The notes below the pieces were generated by a model. The model ran no database searches, had not been told where the DNA came from, and saw nothing but the letters and a program-made list of their open reading frames with translations. A stretch of 64,000 bases of DNA, taken from NCBI GenBank assembly GCA_019639055.1, contig JAHBSP010000001.1, positions 55,628 through 119,627 of the forward strand, in the 5' to 3' direction. Both the position numbers and the translations under genes were made by a program. The stretch comes from Microbacteriaceae bacterium (GTDB taxonomy: Bacteria; Actinomycetota; Actinomycetes; Actinomycetales; Microbacteriaceae). Of this stretch, positions 19,380 to 29,172 are shown piece by piece; position 1 is the first letter of the stretch; each line of letters begins with the position of its first letter.

Positions 19380-20618
19380 TTATTCGTAGCTTCGGAATAC
19401 TGCTACAGCGTTATGTCCACCGAAACCGAATGAGTTACTAATGGCAACTATCCGCCCGTCACCAAGAGGTTGTGGCTCTCCCGAAACCTTTAACGGAATT
19501 TCAGGATCCTGATTGGTGAGGTTAATGGTTGGTGGAGCAACACGCTCATGAATAGCCAACACGGTGAAAAGTGCCTCTAAAGCGCCTGTACCGCCCAGAA
19601 GATGGCCAGTGGAACTCTTTGTCGCTGATACAGGGATTTCATCGATTCTAGAGCCAAATACGGCCTTTAGTGCCTTATATTCTGCTAAATCGCCAACTGG
19701 AGTGGAGGTTGCATGGGCGTTAATGTGATTTACTGCACTCAACTCTTCACCGGAAATGGCTAGCGCATCCATAACCGCTCTGGCTGCTCCGGAACCCTCA
19801 GGGTCTGGAGCGGTTATGTGGTACGAATCGCTAGTTACAGCACCACCAGCGAGCTCAGCATAGATTTTAGCTCCACGAGCTAGAGCGTGCTCTTCCGTTT
19901 CAATAATTAGCACAGCAGCACCTTCACCAAGTACAAAACCGTCACGGTCAGTGTTATACGGCCTTGATGCACCTGCCGGATCGTCATTGCGCTTAGAAAG
20001 TGCCTGCATAGCAGAGAAAGCTGCCAAAGGTAGTGGGTGGACTACACCTTCAGTGCCACCAGCGATAACCACATCTGCAAGGCCGGCTTGGAGATGATCG
20101 TATGCTGCCACAATTGATTCGGTTCCAGAGGCACACGCGGAAACCACGGTTCTAGCGCCAGCCTTTGCGCCGTACTGCATAGAGATATTTCCAGCAGCAG
20201 CGTTAGGCATAAGCATGGGAATGGTCAAAGGGTAAACCCGCCTGGGACCTTTTTCTTTCAGCACTTCCCAACTGTCTATAAGAGACCAGAGACCACCAAT
20301 CCCAGTAGCGAAATCAACTCCCAAGCGTTCACCAGCAACATCGGGAGAACCTGCATCTTCGAAGGCTTCCTTAGCTGCAATCAGCGCATACTGGGTGGAT
20401 GGGTCAAGTCTTTTCAATTCATGTTTTTCCATGACATTTTCTGGGCTTACCTTAATTTGCCCAGCGAAAGTGACAGGTAAATCGTGCTCAGCTACCCAGT
20501 CAGCTTCAATAGTTCGCACACCTGATTCACCGGCAAGTAAAGCTTTCCAAGTGTCTTTTACATTTCCACCAAGTGGGGAAGTAGTGCCGATACCGGTAAC
20601 GACAATTTTTTTGGTCAT
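19380..20618 (-). CDS. fabF: Beta-ketoacyl-ACP synthase II
   Basis: Active-site VSACASG and the C-terminal NSFGFGGHN. Confidence 0.95.
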   Translation of the reverse strand: MTKKIVVTGIGTTSPLGGNVKDTWKALLAGESGVRTIEADWVAEHDLPVTFAGQIKVSPENVMEKHELKRLDPSTQYALIAAKEAFEDAGSPDVAGERLGVDFATGIGGLWSLIDSWEVLKEKGPRRVYPLTIPMLMPNAAAGNISMQYGAKAGARTVVSACASGTESIVAAYDHLQAGLADVVIAGGTEGVVHPLPLAAFSAMQALSKRNDDPAGASRPYNTDRDGFVLGEGAAVLIIETEEHALARGAKIYAELAGGAVTSDSYHITAPDPEGSGAARAVMDALAISGEELSAVNHINAHATSTPVGDLAEYKALKAVFGSRIDEIPVSATKSSTGHLLGGTGALEALFTVLAIHERVAPPTINLTNQDPEIPLKVSGEPQPLGDGRIVAISNSFGFGGHNAVAVFRSYE

Positions 20619-20765
20619 TTATTCCTCATTTAATTACGTCAAGCCTTCCGACAGTCAAGACGGATAATTAGGGTTTTAAAAAGAGCCCTACGGTTTATTG
20701 ATAGGTGGTACACGATTTATTGCGCAATGCCTAACTTCAAAACAGTAGGGCCCTTATTAGGATTG

Positions 20766-21014
20766 TTAGCCCTGAGCCGAAGTAATGAAGTTCACAGCAT
20801 CCGCTACGGTAACTAGGTTCTTCACTTCATCGTCTGGGATCTTTACGCCGAACTTGTCTTCAGCTGCGACCACAATCGTCATCATGGAGATGGAGTCGAT
20901 GTCTAGGTCGTCAGTGAATGACTTGTCAAGTTGTACAGCGTCGGTCGCAATACCGGTCTCGTCGGTGACGATCTCGGCTAGACCAGCTAGTACTTGATCA
21001 GCGGATAATGCCAT
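20766..21014 (-). CDS. acpP: Acyl carrier protein
   Basis: 82 aa with the phosphopantetheine site DLDIDSISMM. Confidence 0.95.
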   Translation of the reverse strand: MALSADQVLAGLAEIVTDETGIATDAVQLDKSFTDDLDIDSISMMTIVVAAEDKFGVKIPDDEVKNLVTVADAVNFITSAQG

Positions 21015-21054
21015 TGTTTCTTTCTCCTTGGGTCAATTGACTTGCGTATATAGC

Positions 21055-22080
21055 CTATGGCAGAACCACGACTTGAGCCCCATAAACTAGCCCCGCGCCG
21101 AACCCAATTTGCAGGGCCAATCCGCCGGATAATTCTGGGTGTTCCTCAAGCAACCGGTGCGTAGCTAAGGGAATTGAAGCAGCTGAAGTATTTCCAGTGG
21201 TCTCAATATCTTTAGCTATTACTACGTTGCTGGGAAGTTTTAATTGTTTAGCGAATTCGTCAATGATTCGCATATTTGCTTGGTGAGGGATGAACGCGGA
21301 CAGTTCTTCAGGTTTGACACCGGCGATTTCTAAAGCTTCTTTTGCGACTTTTGCCATCTCCCAAACCGCCCAACGGAATACCGCTTGTCCTTCTTGGCGG
21401 ATTGTTGGCCAATTTATTTCTGCAGTGTCGCTATCGGAAGTTGTGTTTTTAGCGTCTCGGTATTCGAAAAGAGTGTTTGTCATGTAAATCTTGTCCCAGG
21501 CAGAACCATCAGAGCCCAAAATGCTCTTAGAAATGCCGGGGGTGTCACTTGGACCAATCAGGGCGGCGCCTGCTCCGTCACCGAGAAGAAATGAAATCGA
21601 TCTATCTGTTGGATCAATCCATTCAGATAGTTTTTCCGCTCCAATTGCTAAAACATATTTTGCTAAACCTGCGCGAATTAGTGCATCAGCCTGTGCCACA
21701 GCATATGTGTAGCCGGCGCAGGCTGCTGAAATATCGTATGCTGCTGCCCCAACAGCTCCGATACGAGCGGAAAGGAGAGTCGACAGTGAAGGAGTTGGAA
21801 CAGGGTTGCTAATTGTGGCGACGATAATGGCGTCAATCTGATCGGGGCTAATGCCGGCCTTCTCTATAGCTTCAAGCGATGCTGCAGTAGCAAAATCTAC
21901 CGCCTCTTCACCTTCCGCAGCACGAGCGCGGGTGATTAGACCTGTGCGTTGTCTAATCCATTCATCGCTGGAATCAATTGGTCCGGCAATATCGTCATTG
22001 GTCACAGCCTTACTACCCCTGGAGGCGCCTACGGATAGTATTCGCGAGAAAGTTGTGGGTTCAGGCGTTTTTAGCATCAA
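21055..22080 (-). CDS. fabH: Beta-ketoacyl-ACP synthase III
   Basis: Contains ISAACAGY, HQANMRI and GFGAGL. Confidence 0.95.
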   Translation of the reverse strand: MMLKTPEPTTFSRILSVGASRGSKAVTNDDIAGPIDSSDEWIRQRTGLITRARAAEGEEAVDFATAASLEAIEKAGISPDQIDAIIVATISNPVPTPSLSTLLSARIGAVGAAAYDISAACAGYTYAVAQADALIRAGLAKYVLAIGAEKLSEWIDPTDRSISFLLGDGAGAALIGPSDTPGISKSILGSDGSAWDKIYMTNTLFEYRDAKNTTSDSDTAEINWPTIRQEGQAVFRWAVWEMAKVAKEALEIAGVKPEELSAFIPHQANMRIIDEFAKQLKLPSNVVIAKDIETTGNTSAASIPLATHRLLEEHPELSGGLALQIGFGAGLVYGAQVVVLP

Positions 22081-22991
22081 ATCGCTTCCTTTACCTTTTC
22101 GATATCATTCATCCCTTTGATTGCCACAGTGGGGACTCCGGAAATGGCTCTTTTTAATAACCCTACAAGTGTACCGCCGGGCAAGAACTCAATAATCAGT
22201 TCTGGTGCTGCGGTAGCGATTCCAGAAGTTGTTTGATCCCAGCGCACAACATGGGCAACTTGGGTTGCTAAGTAGTTGAGGTATTCAGTTCCAGTAGCAA
22301 CTAGTGAACCGTCAAAATTAGTCCAGATATTTATTTCAGGATTGTCTGCATTAATCGTCGCGATCTTTTCCTGCACAGCAGCAACCGCACTTTCCATAAA
22401 CGGTGTGTGGAACGCGCCAGCAACTTGTAGAGGAATTACTCGTATTCCAGCTAGTTCAGCATCCGGAAGTTTTCCGAGATTCTCTTTAGATCCGCCAACT
22501 ACAAGTTGAGTTTCGGAGTTGAAGTTGGCTTCATAAAGGCCAAGATCTGTGATCGCGTTTCTGATTTCATCGGTAATCGTGCCAACCAGGGCGGTCATCC
22601 CCGTTTCGACTTTGGCAGCGGCTTCTGCCATTGCCCTAGAACGCACGCCGACAAGTTCAGCGGCATCTTTAGAACTAAGAATTCCGGATGCTGCTGCCGC
22701 AGCTATTTCACCGACGGAATGCCCCGCAACTCCGAAGAAATTGATTTCAGGGAGTGCTTTCTTTAGCGCATTAAAACTAAGCAAGCTGCTTGCAACAATT
22801 AGCGGTTGAGCTATTTCTGTTGCCTTGATTGTCTCTGCGTCACTTACAGTCCCGTGTTCAATTAGATCAATTCCAGCATGCTCCGAAAATTCGTTCAAAA
22901 ATGAAACATTTTCTGAATCTTCTAGCCATTCAGTCAGCATTCCTGGTGTTTGTGAACCTTGCCCAGGGAATACGCCTAAAACTTTCACCAC
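22077..22991 (-). CDS. fabD: ACP S-malonyltransferase
   Basis: Contains FPGQGSQ and GHSVGE. Confidence 0.95.
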   Translation of the reverse strand: MVKVLGVFPGQGSQTPGMLTEWLEDSENVSFLNEFSEHAGIDLIEHGTVSDAETIKATEIAQPLIVASSLLSFNALKKALPEINFFGVAGHSVGEIAAAAASGILSSKDAAELVGVRSRAMAEAAAKVETGMTALVGTITDEIRNAITDLGLYEANFNSETQLVVGGSKENLGKLPDAELAGIRVIPLQVAGAFHTPFMESAVAAVQEKIATINADNPEINIWTNFDGSLVATGTEYLNYLATQVAHVVRWDQTTSGIATAAPELIIEFLPGGTLVGLLKRAISGVPTVAIKGMNDIEKVKEAI

Positions 22992-23042
22992 TCTAGTTTC
23001 CCAGTTTCTTTGTCATGGTTTGTGTAGCAAACCGCCGATAAA

Positions 23043-24227
23043 TTACTTCTTGAGTTGTCGACTTCTTACAGTTCCTGCATCTGCAATAGACCCCACTATT
23101 ATTGCTGACTGCATAATTTGCGCTTCACGAGGACCCATCGGATCCCAACCAACTATTTCTGCTATCCGCTTTAAACGGTAACGAACAGTGTTGGGATGCA
23201 CAAAAAGTTCGCGAGCGGTAGCTTCAAGTGATCGACCATTATCTATATAGCACCAGAGAGTATTGAGTAGTTCACCGCCCTGATTCTTGATTGGGTTATA
23301 AATTTTAGAAACGAGACGCTGTCTGGCTTGCGAATCACCGGCTAAGGCTCTTTCTGGTAGCAGTTCGTCGGAGAGTACAGGTCTCGGGCAATTACGGTAA
23401 GCACCAGCTACAGCAAAACCTGCGAGCGCTGCTTTGGCACTACGCGAAGCTTCAACAACACTCTCTACTGGATGTCCGACAACAATAGGACCTTCGTCAA
23501 AGTTTTGAGTGAGTCCTTCAACAATGTCCATAAAGTTAGGTTTGGATTCCTCGCCCTCGTCGGCTGAGCCAATAACGACAATTAGCCGGACCCCTTGGAC
23601 ACCAACTAAAACATCAGCATTGAATTTCCGTGCAGTTCTACGGATTTGATCAACTTCAACCGCTTCTGTTGCGCGTCCTACAACCACGCAAACTCCGCCT
23701 TTACCTTGCCAGCCCAGGGCGGCAATTCTTGAGGGAAGTTCATCATCGTATTCACCGGTGAGGATTGAATCAACCACGAGTGCTTCAAGCCTTGCATCCC
23801 AGAGACCACGAGCTTCTGCAGCACGTGCATATACATCCGCTGCGGAGAACGCAATCTCTCTAGAGTAAAGTCTGATTCTGCTGGTGAGTGCGTCATCTTC
23901 CTCAAGAAGTAGTCTTTCTTCTACAGTTTCTACCGTGACCCTAATTAGTTGCAGGGTCTGCTGTAGTGATATGGATCTAAGCAGTTCCCTAGGAGCCGCT
24001 GCAAATACATCTGCAGCGACCCAAGGCTCTGCCTGGGGATCTTCCAGATATTTTATAAAGGAAGAAATACCCGCTTGCGCTACCAGCCCCACTGCGCTTC
24101 GACGCCCTGGCGGCATATCGCGGTACCAGGGAAGTGTAGCGTCTAGATTCTTTATTGTTGCGGTGGAAAGCTCACCGGAAATTCCTCGCAACCAAGAAAC
24201 TATTTGCTCGGTAGATTTTTTAGTCAT
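23043..24227 (-). CDS. PucR/CdaR-family transcriptional regulator (FasR/MabR-like by position)
   Basis: C-terminal PucR HTH (HPNTVRYRLKRIAEI). Sits between aceE and fabD as in the mycobacterial and Streptomyces fab loci (recalled synteny). Confidence 0.8.
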   Translation of the reverse strand: MTKKSTEQIVSWLRGISGELSTATIKNLDATLPWYRDMPPGRRSAVGLVAQAGISSFIKYLEDPQAEPWVAADVFAAAPRELLRSISLQQTLQLIRVTVETVEERLLLEEDDALTSRIRLYSREIAFSAADVYARAAEARGLWDARLEALVVDSILTGEYDDELPSRIAALGWQGKGGVCVVVGRATEAVEVDQIRRTARKFNADVLVGVQGVRLIVVIGSADEGEESKPNFMDIVEGLTQNFDEGPIVVGHPVESVVEASRSAKAALAGFAVAGAYRNCPRPVLSDELLPERALAGDSQARQRLVSKIYNPIKNQGGELLNTLWCYIDNGRSLEATARELFVHPNTVRYRLKRIAEIVGWDPMGPREAQIMQSAIIVGSIADAGTVRSRQLKK

Positions 24228-24229
24228 AC

Positions 24230-26956
24230 CTATGCTTCTCCACCAGCTGTTCCGGTGGTTCCAGCATTTACATTTAGCAGGTCATATTTTTCAATAGCTT
24301 CTTGCACCTTAGAAGAGTCAATCTTGCCTTCTTCGGCGAGGGTGTGAAGGGTCTGTACCACTATGCTTGGACCATCAATTAGGAAGTAACGCCTAGCGGC
24401 AGCTCTAGTGTCAGCAAAACCAAAAGAGTCAGCACCAAGTGTGGCGTAGGTTCCAGGAACCCACTTGCGAATCTGGTCCGGAACTGCATGCATAAAGTCA
24501 GATACAGCAATTTTTGGTCCCTGAGCATCGGCAAGTTTATTGGTTACATATGCAACCTTTGGCTTTGCGGTTGGGTTTAGCATGTTCTCTTTATCTGCGT
24601 TTAAACCATCTCTGCGAAGCTCGCTCCAAGAAGTAACTGACCAAACGTCTGCACTGATGCCCCAGTCATTTTCAAGCAGAGATTGTGCTTCAAGAGCCCA
24701 AGGAACAGCAACACCGGAGGCGAGTAGCTGAGCTTTCTCGCCATTTCCAGATCCGGTACTAATCCTGTGGATTCCCTTGATGATTCCTTCTTTGTCAACT
24801 CCTGATGGTTCTGCTGGCTGAATCATCGGTTCGTTATAGACGGTGATGTAATACAACACGTCTGGGTCAACGGATTTTTCTCCGAACATGCGGTTGATAC
24901 CGGATTCAACGATATATGCAATCTCGTAACCGTAAGCTGGGTCGTAAGAGACAACTGCAGGGTTTGTAGATGCTAGCAATGGCGAATGCCCGTCTGCGTG
25001 TTGGGTTCCTTCGCCGGTTAGTGTTGTGCGTCCGGCTGTTGCGCCAATCATGAAGCCTCTGGTGAACTGGTCAGCGGCTGCCCAAATACCATCTCCGGTG
25101 CGTTGGAAACCAAACATTGAATAGAAGATATAAATCGGTATTAGCGCTTCGCCTTGTGTTGAATATGACGAACCAACTGCGGTCATGGCTGCTGTTGCGC
25201 CAGCTTCGTTGATGCCGACATGCATAATCTGTCCCTGTGGACTTTCCTTATAGGAAAGCAGCAGTTCGCGGTCGACTGAAACATAGTTTTGTCCGTGAGG
25301 GTTGTAAATTTTTTGGTTTGGGAAGTATGCATCCATACCGAATGTTCTTGCCTCATCAGGAATGATTGGGACGATTCTCTCGCCAAATCCTTTCACTCTG
25401 AGAAGGTCCTTAAGCATTCTCACAAAGACCATTGTGGTGGCAGCTTCTTGGTTACCAGAACCCTTTTTAGCAATCTCATATGCACTGGATTCAGGCAGGT
25501 TTACTTGAGTGTATTTAGTGCGTCTTTCGGGGATGAAACCACCTAGTGCTCTTCTTCTTTCTAGAAGATACTGAATTGCTTCGTCTTCAGGACCAGGGTT
25601 GTAGTAAGGAGGACTGTATAGATCTTCCTCAAGTTGTGCATCCGTGACAGGGATATGCATAGTGTCGCGGAATAGCTTCAGGTCTTCAAGACGTAGCTTT
25701 TTCATTTGATGGGTTGCGTTACGTGCCTCAAAGTATGGGCCTAGTCCATAACCCTTAATGGTTTTCGCGAGAATAACAGTTGGCTGACCCTTGTGCTCTG
25801 TGGCTGCTTTGAAGGCTGCATAAACCTTACGATAGTCATGGCCACCTCGGCGAAGACCCCAAAGATCTTCGTCGGTGTAATCCTTAACCATTTCAAGGGT
25901 TCGTGGGTCTCGACCGAAGAAATGTTCGCGCACAAAAGCACCAGATTCACTCTTGTATGTCTGATAGTCTCCGTCTGGAGTAGCGTTCATCAAATTGACC
26001 AAGGCACCATCAGTATCGTTATTGATAAGAGTGTCCCACTCACGACCCCAAATGATTTTGATTACATTCCAGCCTGCACCTCGGAAGAATGATTCAAGTT
26101 CCTGAATAATTTTCCCATTGCCTCGAACTGGGCCATCAAGACGCTGAAGATTACAATTAATCACAAATGTAAGGTTGTCTAAGCCTTCATTTGCGGCTAG
26201 TTGGAGCGCACCACGACTCTCAACCTCATCCATTTCTCCATCACCTAGGAATGCCCAGACGCGCTGCTCAGAAGTGTCTTTGATTCCACGATTTTCAAGG
26301 TAGCGGTTAGTCATTGCTTGGTAGATAGCATTTAGCGGGCCAAGTCCCATGGAAACTGTTGGGAATTGCCAATATTCAGGCATCATCCGTGGGTGAGGAT
26401 ATGACGTTAGCGCATGAGGTGCTTTGCTTTTTTCCTGACGGAAGCCATCGAGATCTTGTTCAGATAGTCGGCCTTCAAGAAAGCTTCTTGCATAAACACC
26501 GGGGGATGCATGTCCCTGGAAATAAATTTGATCTCCGCCACTTGGGTGATCCTGGCCTTTAAAGAAATGGTTGAAGCCAACTTCGTAGAGGGATGCAGAA
26601 GAGGCGTATGTGGAAATGTGTCCACCAACTGAAATACCAGGGCGCTGAGCACGGTGAACTGTTATAGCTGCATTCCAGCGAATCCAAGAGCGGTATCGTC
26701 TTTCTATTTCTTCATCGCCGGGGAAATCAGGTTCGTTCTTTTCGGAAATAGTGTTGATGTAATCAGTGGTCGGAACCATTGGCACGCCAAGGTGCAGATC
26801 TTTTGACTTCTTTAGAAGTGAAAGCATTACTTCTCGGCCACGACCGGGTCCTTTATCCTGTACCAACCCTGCAAGTGACTCTTGCCACTCCGCTGTTTCT
26901 GTTGGATCTGAATCAAGTTCTGAGACTGAATATGGGTCTTGATCGTTAACAGCCAT
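24230..26956 (-). CDS. aceE: Pyruvate dehydrogenase E1 component (homodimeric type)
   Basis: About 909 aa with the ThDP motif GDGEMDE. ATG 26956 (MAVNDQDPY..) follows GGAAGG. The longer track ORF (to 27040) is N-terminally implausible. Confidence 0.95.
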   Translation of the reverse strand: MAVNDQDPYSVSELDSDPTETAEWQESLAGLVQDKGPGRGREVMLSLLKKSKDLHLGVPMVPTTDYINTISEKNEPDFPGDEEIERRYRSWIRWNAAITVHRAQRPGISVGGHISTYASSASLYEVGFNHFFKGQDHPSGGDQIYFQGHASPGVYARSFLEGRLSEQDLDGFRQEKSKAPHALTSYPHPRMMPEYWQFPTVSMGLGPLNAIYQAMTNRYLENRGIKDTSEQRVWAFLGDGEMDEVESRGALQLAANEGLDNLTFVINCNLQRLDGPVRGNGKIIQELESFFRGAGWNVIKIIWGREWDTLINNDTDGALVNLMNATPDGDYQTYKSESGAFVREHFFGRDPRTLEMVKDYTDEDLWGLRRGGHDYRKVYAAFKAATEHKGQPTVILAKTIKGYGLGPYFEARNATHQMKKLRLEDLKLFRDTMHIPVTDAQLEEDLYSPPYYNPGPEDEAIQYLLERRRALGGFIPERRTKYTQVNLPESSAYEIAKKGSGNQEAATTMVFVRMLKDLLRVKGFGERIVPIIPDEARTFGMDAYFPNQKIYNPHGQNYVSVDRELLLSYKESPQGQIMHVGINEAGATAAMTAVGSSYSTQGEALIPIYIFYSMFGFQRTGDGIWAAADQFTRGFMIGATAGRTTLTGEGTQHADGHSPLLASTNPAVVSYDPAYGYEIAYIVESGINRMFGEKSVDPDVLYYITVYNEPMIQPAEPSGVDKEGIIKGIHRISTGSGNGEKAQLLASGVAVPWALEAQSLLENDWGISADVWSVTSWSELRRDGLNADKENMLNPTAKPKVAYVTNKLADAQGPKIAVSDFMHAVPDQIRKWVPGTYATLGADSFGFADTRAAARRYFLIDGPSIVVQTLHTLAEEGKIDSSKVQEAIEKYDLLNVNAGTTGTAGGEA

Positions 26957-27148
26957 TTTGACCTTCCGCTTTTTGCTTCTATATCTATGGGTGCGTACTA
27001 TGTCGCATTCATACAAAAATGCACTGCTTTTGACATGCAATTCGTAGTTCCATAGATAAGACTACTCACTTTTTGAATGTTCTGGGAATGTTCGAGAGGC
27101 TACTGATGTCAATAATTTCTGCAGTCATAAATTTTTCCGCTCGTAGTT

Positions 27149-27176
27149 TTGAAAGGAGAGTATTTCCTTGTATGAT
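27149..27176 (+). promoter_or_regulatory. Candidate sigma-70-type promoter for tRNA-Val
   Basis: TTGAAA, a 16-nt spacer, then TATGAT, about 68 nt upstream of the tRNA. Confidence 0.35.
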
Positions 27177-27243
27177 TGCTTAGCGGCTTCGCATTTCGTG
27201 GAGATATCTCACGTAAATCCACAATTAGCGAAGTTCGCAATTA

Positions 27244-27317
27244 GCGCCTATAGCTCAGTTGGTTAGAGCACCTCGTTTACACCGAGGGGGTCGGGAGTTC
27301 GAGTCTCTCTGGGCGCA
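27244..27317 (+). tRNA. tRNA-Val (anticodon TAC)
   Basis: Cloverleaf folded by hand. Acceptor GCGCCTA/TGGGCGC, anticodon stem CCTCG/CGAGG with loop TTTACAC, T-loop TTCGAGT. Confidence 0.9.
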
Positions 27318-27345
27318 CTTTATTTTTTAATGACTTGCATGGAAC

Positions 27346-27376
27346 TTGACATTGACGCAACGTCAATGTGTATCGT
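27346..27376 (+). promoter_or_regulatory. MerR-type promoter/operator: -35 TTGACA (27346-51), 19-bp spacer containing a perfect dyad ACATTGACG-CAA-CGTCAATGT (27349-69), -10 TATCGT (27371-76)
   Basis: Read from the sequence. A 19-bp spacer with a centred dyad is the hallmark of MerR-family regulated promoters. The predicted TSS coincides with ATG 27383. Confidence 0.55.
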
Positions 27377-27382
27377 AAAAAT

Positions 27383-28141
27383 ATGTTTTGGTCGATTCAA
27401 GATATTGCAAAGATAACGGGTGTTACTAGTAGAACACTTCGCCATTATGATGCTGTTGGTTTGTTGGCTCCAGCCAAAATTGGTCACAACGGTTATCGCT
27501 ACTATGACAGGGATTCATTAGTTAAGTTGCAGCGCATTCTAATGCTCAGAGATCTCGGAGTTTCGATTCCGGAAGTGCAGAAAATCATTAAAGATCAGGT
27601 GGATGAGAAGCAGGCTCTTTCAATCCACTTAAATCTGCTCGAATTAGAAATGAATCGACTAGTAAAGCAAATTGAAGCGGTAAAACATACCGTTGCTGCC
27701 TTAGAAGGGAAAAAAGAACTAGTGATTGAAAAAATGTTTGATGGTTTTGACCACACCCAGTACGAGAAAGAAGTTACTGAGCGTTGGGGGAGTGATTCAT
27801 ACAAGAAGAGTGACAAATGGTATCGGAGCATGTCAGCAGCAGAACGAACAGAATGGAAAGCGACCATAACTAGCTTGGGCGAAGCATGGATGAATGCTGC
27901 TAAAAATGGAGTAAGTCCTGAGAGCGCAGAAGCCCAAGCAATTGCCGCAAAGCATGTGGAATGGCTAAGAAGCATACCAGGAACCCCTGCTACAGAAGTG
28001 GGCGGGGATTTGGTCGGATATATTGAGGGCCTTGCAAAAATGTATGTTGAAGATCCAAGGTTTGCAGCCAATTATGGGGGAGAGGCGGGAGCGACTTTTG
28101 TCAGAGATGCTTTGCTGTTTTATTCCGCTGAAAATCTGTAA
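27383..28141 (+). CDS. MerR-family regulator with a TipAS-like C-terminal domain (TipAL-like)
   Basis: N-terminal HTH SIQDIAKITGVTSRTLRHYDAVGLL..GYRYY. The C-terminal domain has ERWGSDSYKKS..MYVEDPRFAANY. ATG 27383 is preferred over GTG 27368, which lies inside the operator. Confidence 0.88.
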   Translation: MFWSIQDIAKITGVTSRTLRHYDAVGLLAPAKIGHNGYRYYDRDSLVKLQRILMLRDLGVSIPEVQKIIKDQVDEKQALSIHLNLLELEMNRLVKQIEAVKHTVAALEGKKELVIEKMFDGFDHTQYEKEVTERWGSDSYKKSDKWYRSMSAAERTEWKATITSLGEAWMNAAKNGVSPESAEAQAIAAKHVEWLRSIPGTPATEVGGDLVGYIEGLAKMYVEDPRFAANYGGEAGATFVRDALLFYSAENL

Positions 28142-28162
28142 GAATTCATCGATTTGGAACAG

Positions 28163-29164
28163 TTAATGCTTTTCGAGTGTTGCTGCTATTAGCTCTGTTA
28201 ACAAGTCTGTATAGCTAAGGCCCTCAATTGCGTACATTCTGGGCACCTGAGAAAATTCAGTCATACCAGGCATTGTGTTTACTTCATTCAGGATTACTTC
28301 ACCGTCTTCTCTGATAAAGCAATCTACTCTAGCGACGCCAATGCATCCGAGAATTGTGTACATTGATTCCGCAATTTCACGGATGCGTTGGTGCTGTTCA
28401 TCCGTCAAAATAGCAGGCACAGTAAAGTTCGGTTCCCCATGGTACTTGTCATCAAAACCGAAAATTTTGTCACGATGAATTTCTAAGGGAGCAGAGATTC
28501 TGAGATTGCCATCCGAATCACGAAAAACGGAAATATCTACCTCGCGACCACCCACAAATTCTTCAATAATCACTCGATCATCAAATTGAAACGCGGAAGA
28601 AATTGCCTCTGCTAGATCTGCTTTAGACTCGACAAATACAACACCGAAACTGGATCCTTCCGCAACTGGTTTAACAACTACTGGTCCTTCCCATTCAAAC
28701 TCTTCGACAAAAATGTCAATTGTCTCTGGGGATAATTTCTCTGAAAGTAATAGATCGTCTGCTCCACCGATACCCATCTCTGCTGCCATCAGCTTGGTAA
28801 CCCATTTGTCCATTGCTAATGATCCTGCCCTAAGCGGGGAGGAAACCGCCGGTATTTGTGCGAGTTCAAAAAGCGCGGCCAATGCGCCATCTTCTCCGTG
28901 TCTGCCATGAACTGCAGGAATCACTGCTGCGCATTCAGCAATAATTTCAAGAGCTTTCGCGAGACTGAGTGATGGAGTTGGGGCAAGTTCTTTGCCAGTG
29001 TCATCCGCCCATATACCTTCACGAGTTATATATAGAAAAACTGACTCAAAAAGTTCAGGATCAAGGTTTGCTGCGATACCTTTGCCGGACTTATAAGAGA
29101 TGTCATGTTCACTGCTTACCCCACCGCCTATTACAGCGATCTTCTGCAGATTCTTTTCGCTCAT
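28163..29164 (-). CDS. ddl: D-alanine--D-alanine ligase
   Basis: ATP-grasp fold with GGGVSSEHDIS, HGRHGEDG, KPVAEGSSFG, DDKY and NEVNTMPGMT. Confidence 0.9.
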   Translation of the reverse strand: MSEKNLQKIAVIGGGVSSEHDISYKSGKGIAANLDPELFESVFLYITREGIWADDTGKELAPTPSLSLAKALEIIAECAAVIPAVHGRHGEDGALAALFELAQIPAVSSPLRAGSLAMDKWVTKLMAAEMGIGGADDLLLSEKLSPETIDIFVEEFEWEGPVVVKPVAEGSSFGVVFVESKADLAEAISSAFQFDDRVIIEEFVGGREVDISVFRDSDGNLRISAPLEIHRDKIFGFDDKYHGEPNFTVPAILTDEQHQRIREIAESMYTILGCIGVARVDCFIREDGEVILNEVNTMPGMTEFSQVPRMYAIEGLSYTDLLTELIAATLEKH

Positions 29165-29172
29165 AGTTACTC

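Noticed and set aside
27153-27270. A small ORF (TTG about 27168, preceded by AAGGAGAG) reads into tRNA-Val.
   Set aside because: The GGAG-like string sits in the spacer of a good TTGAAA-16-TATGAT promoter for the tRNA. The ORF runs into the tRNA body and has no coding signature.
28163-29164. The Ddl might be a Van-type or Leuconostoc-type D-Ala-D-Lac (depsipeptide) ligase conferring glycopeptide resistance.
   Set aside because: Counted against E. coli DdlB, the specificity triad is conserved: Glu in GGVSSEHD, Ser in EGSS, and Lys-Tyr in DDKY equivalent to K215-Y216. It looks like an ordinary D-Ala-D-Ala ligase, and no vanH, vanX or vanRS genes are nearby.
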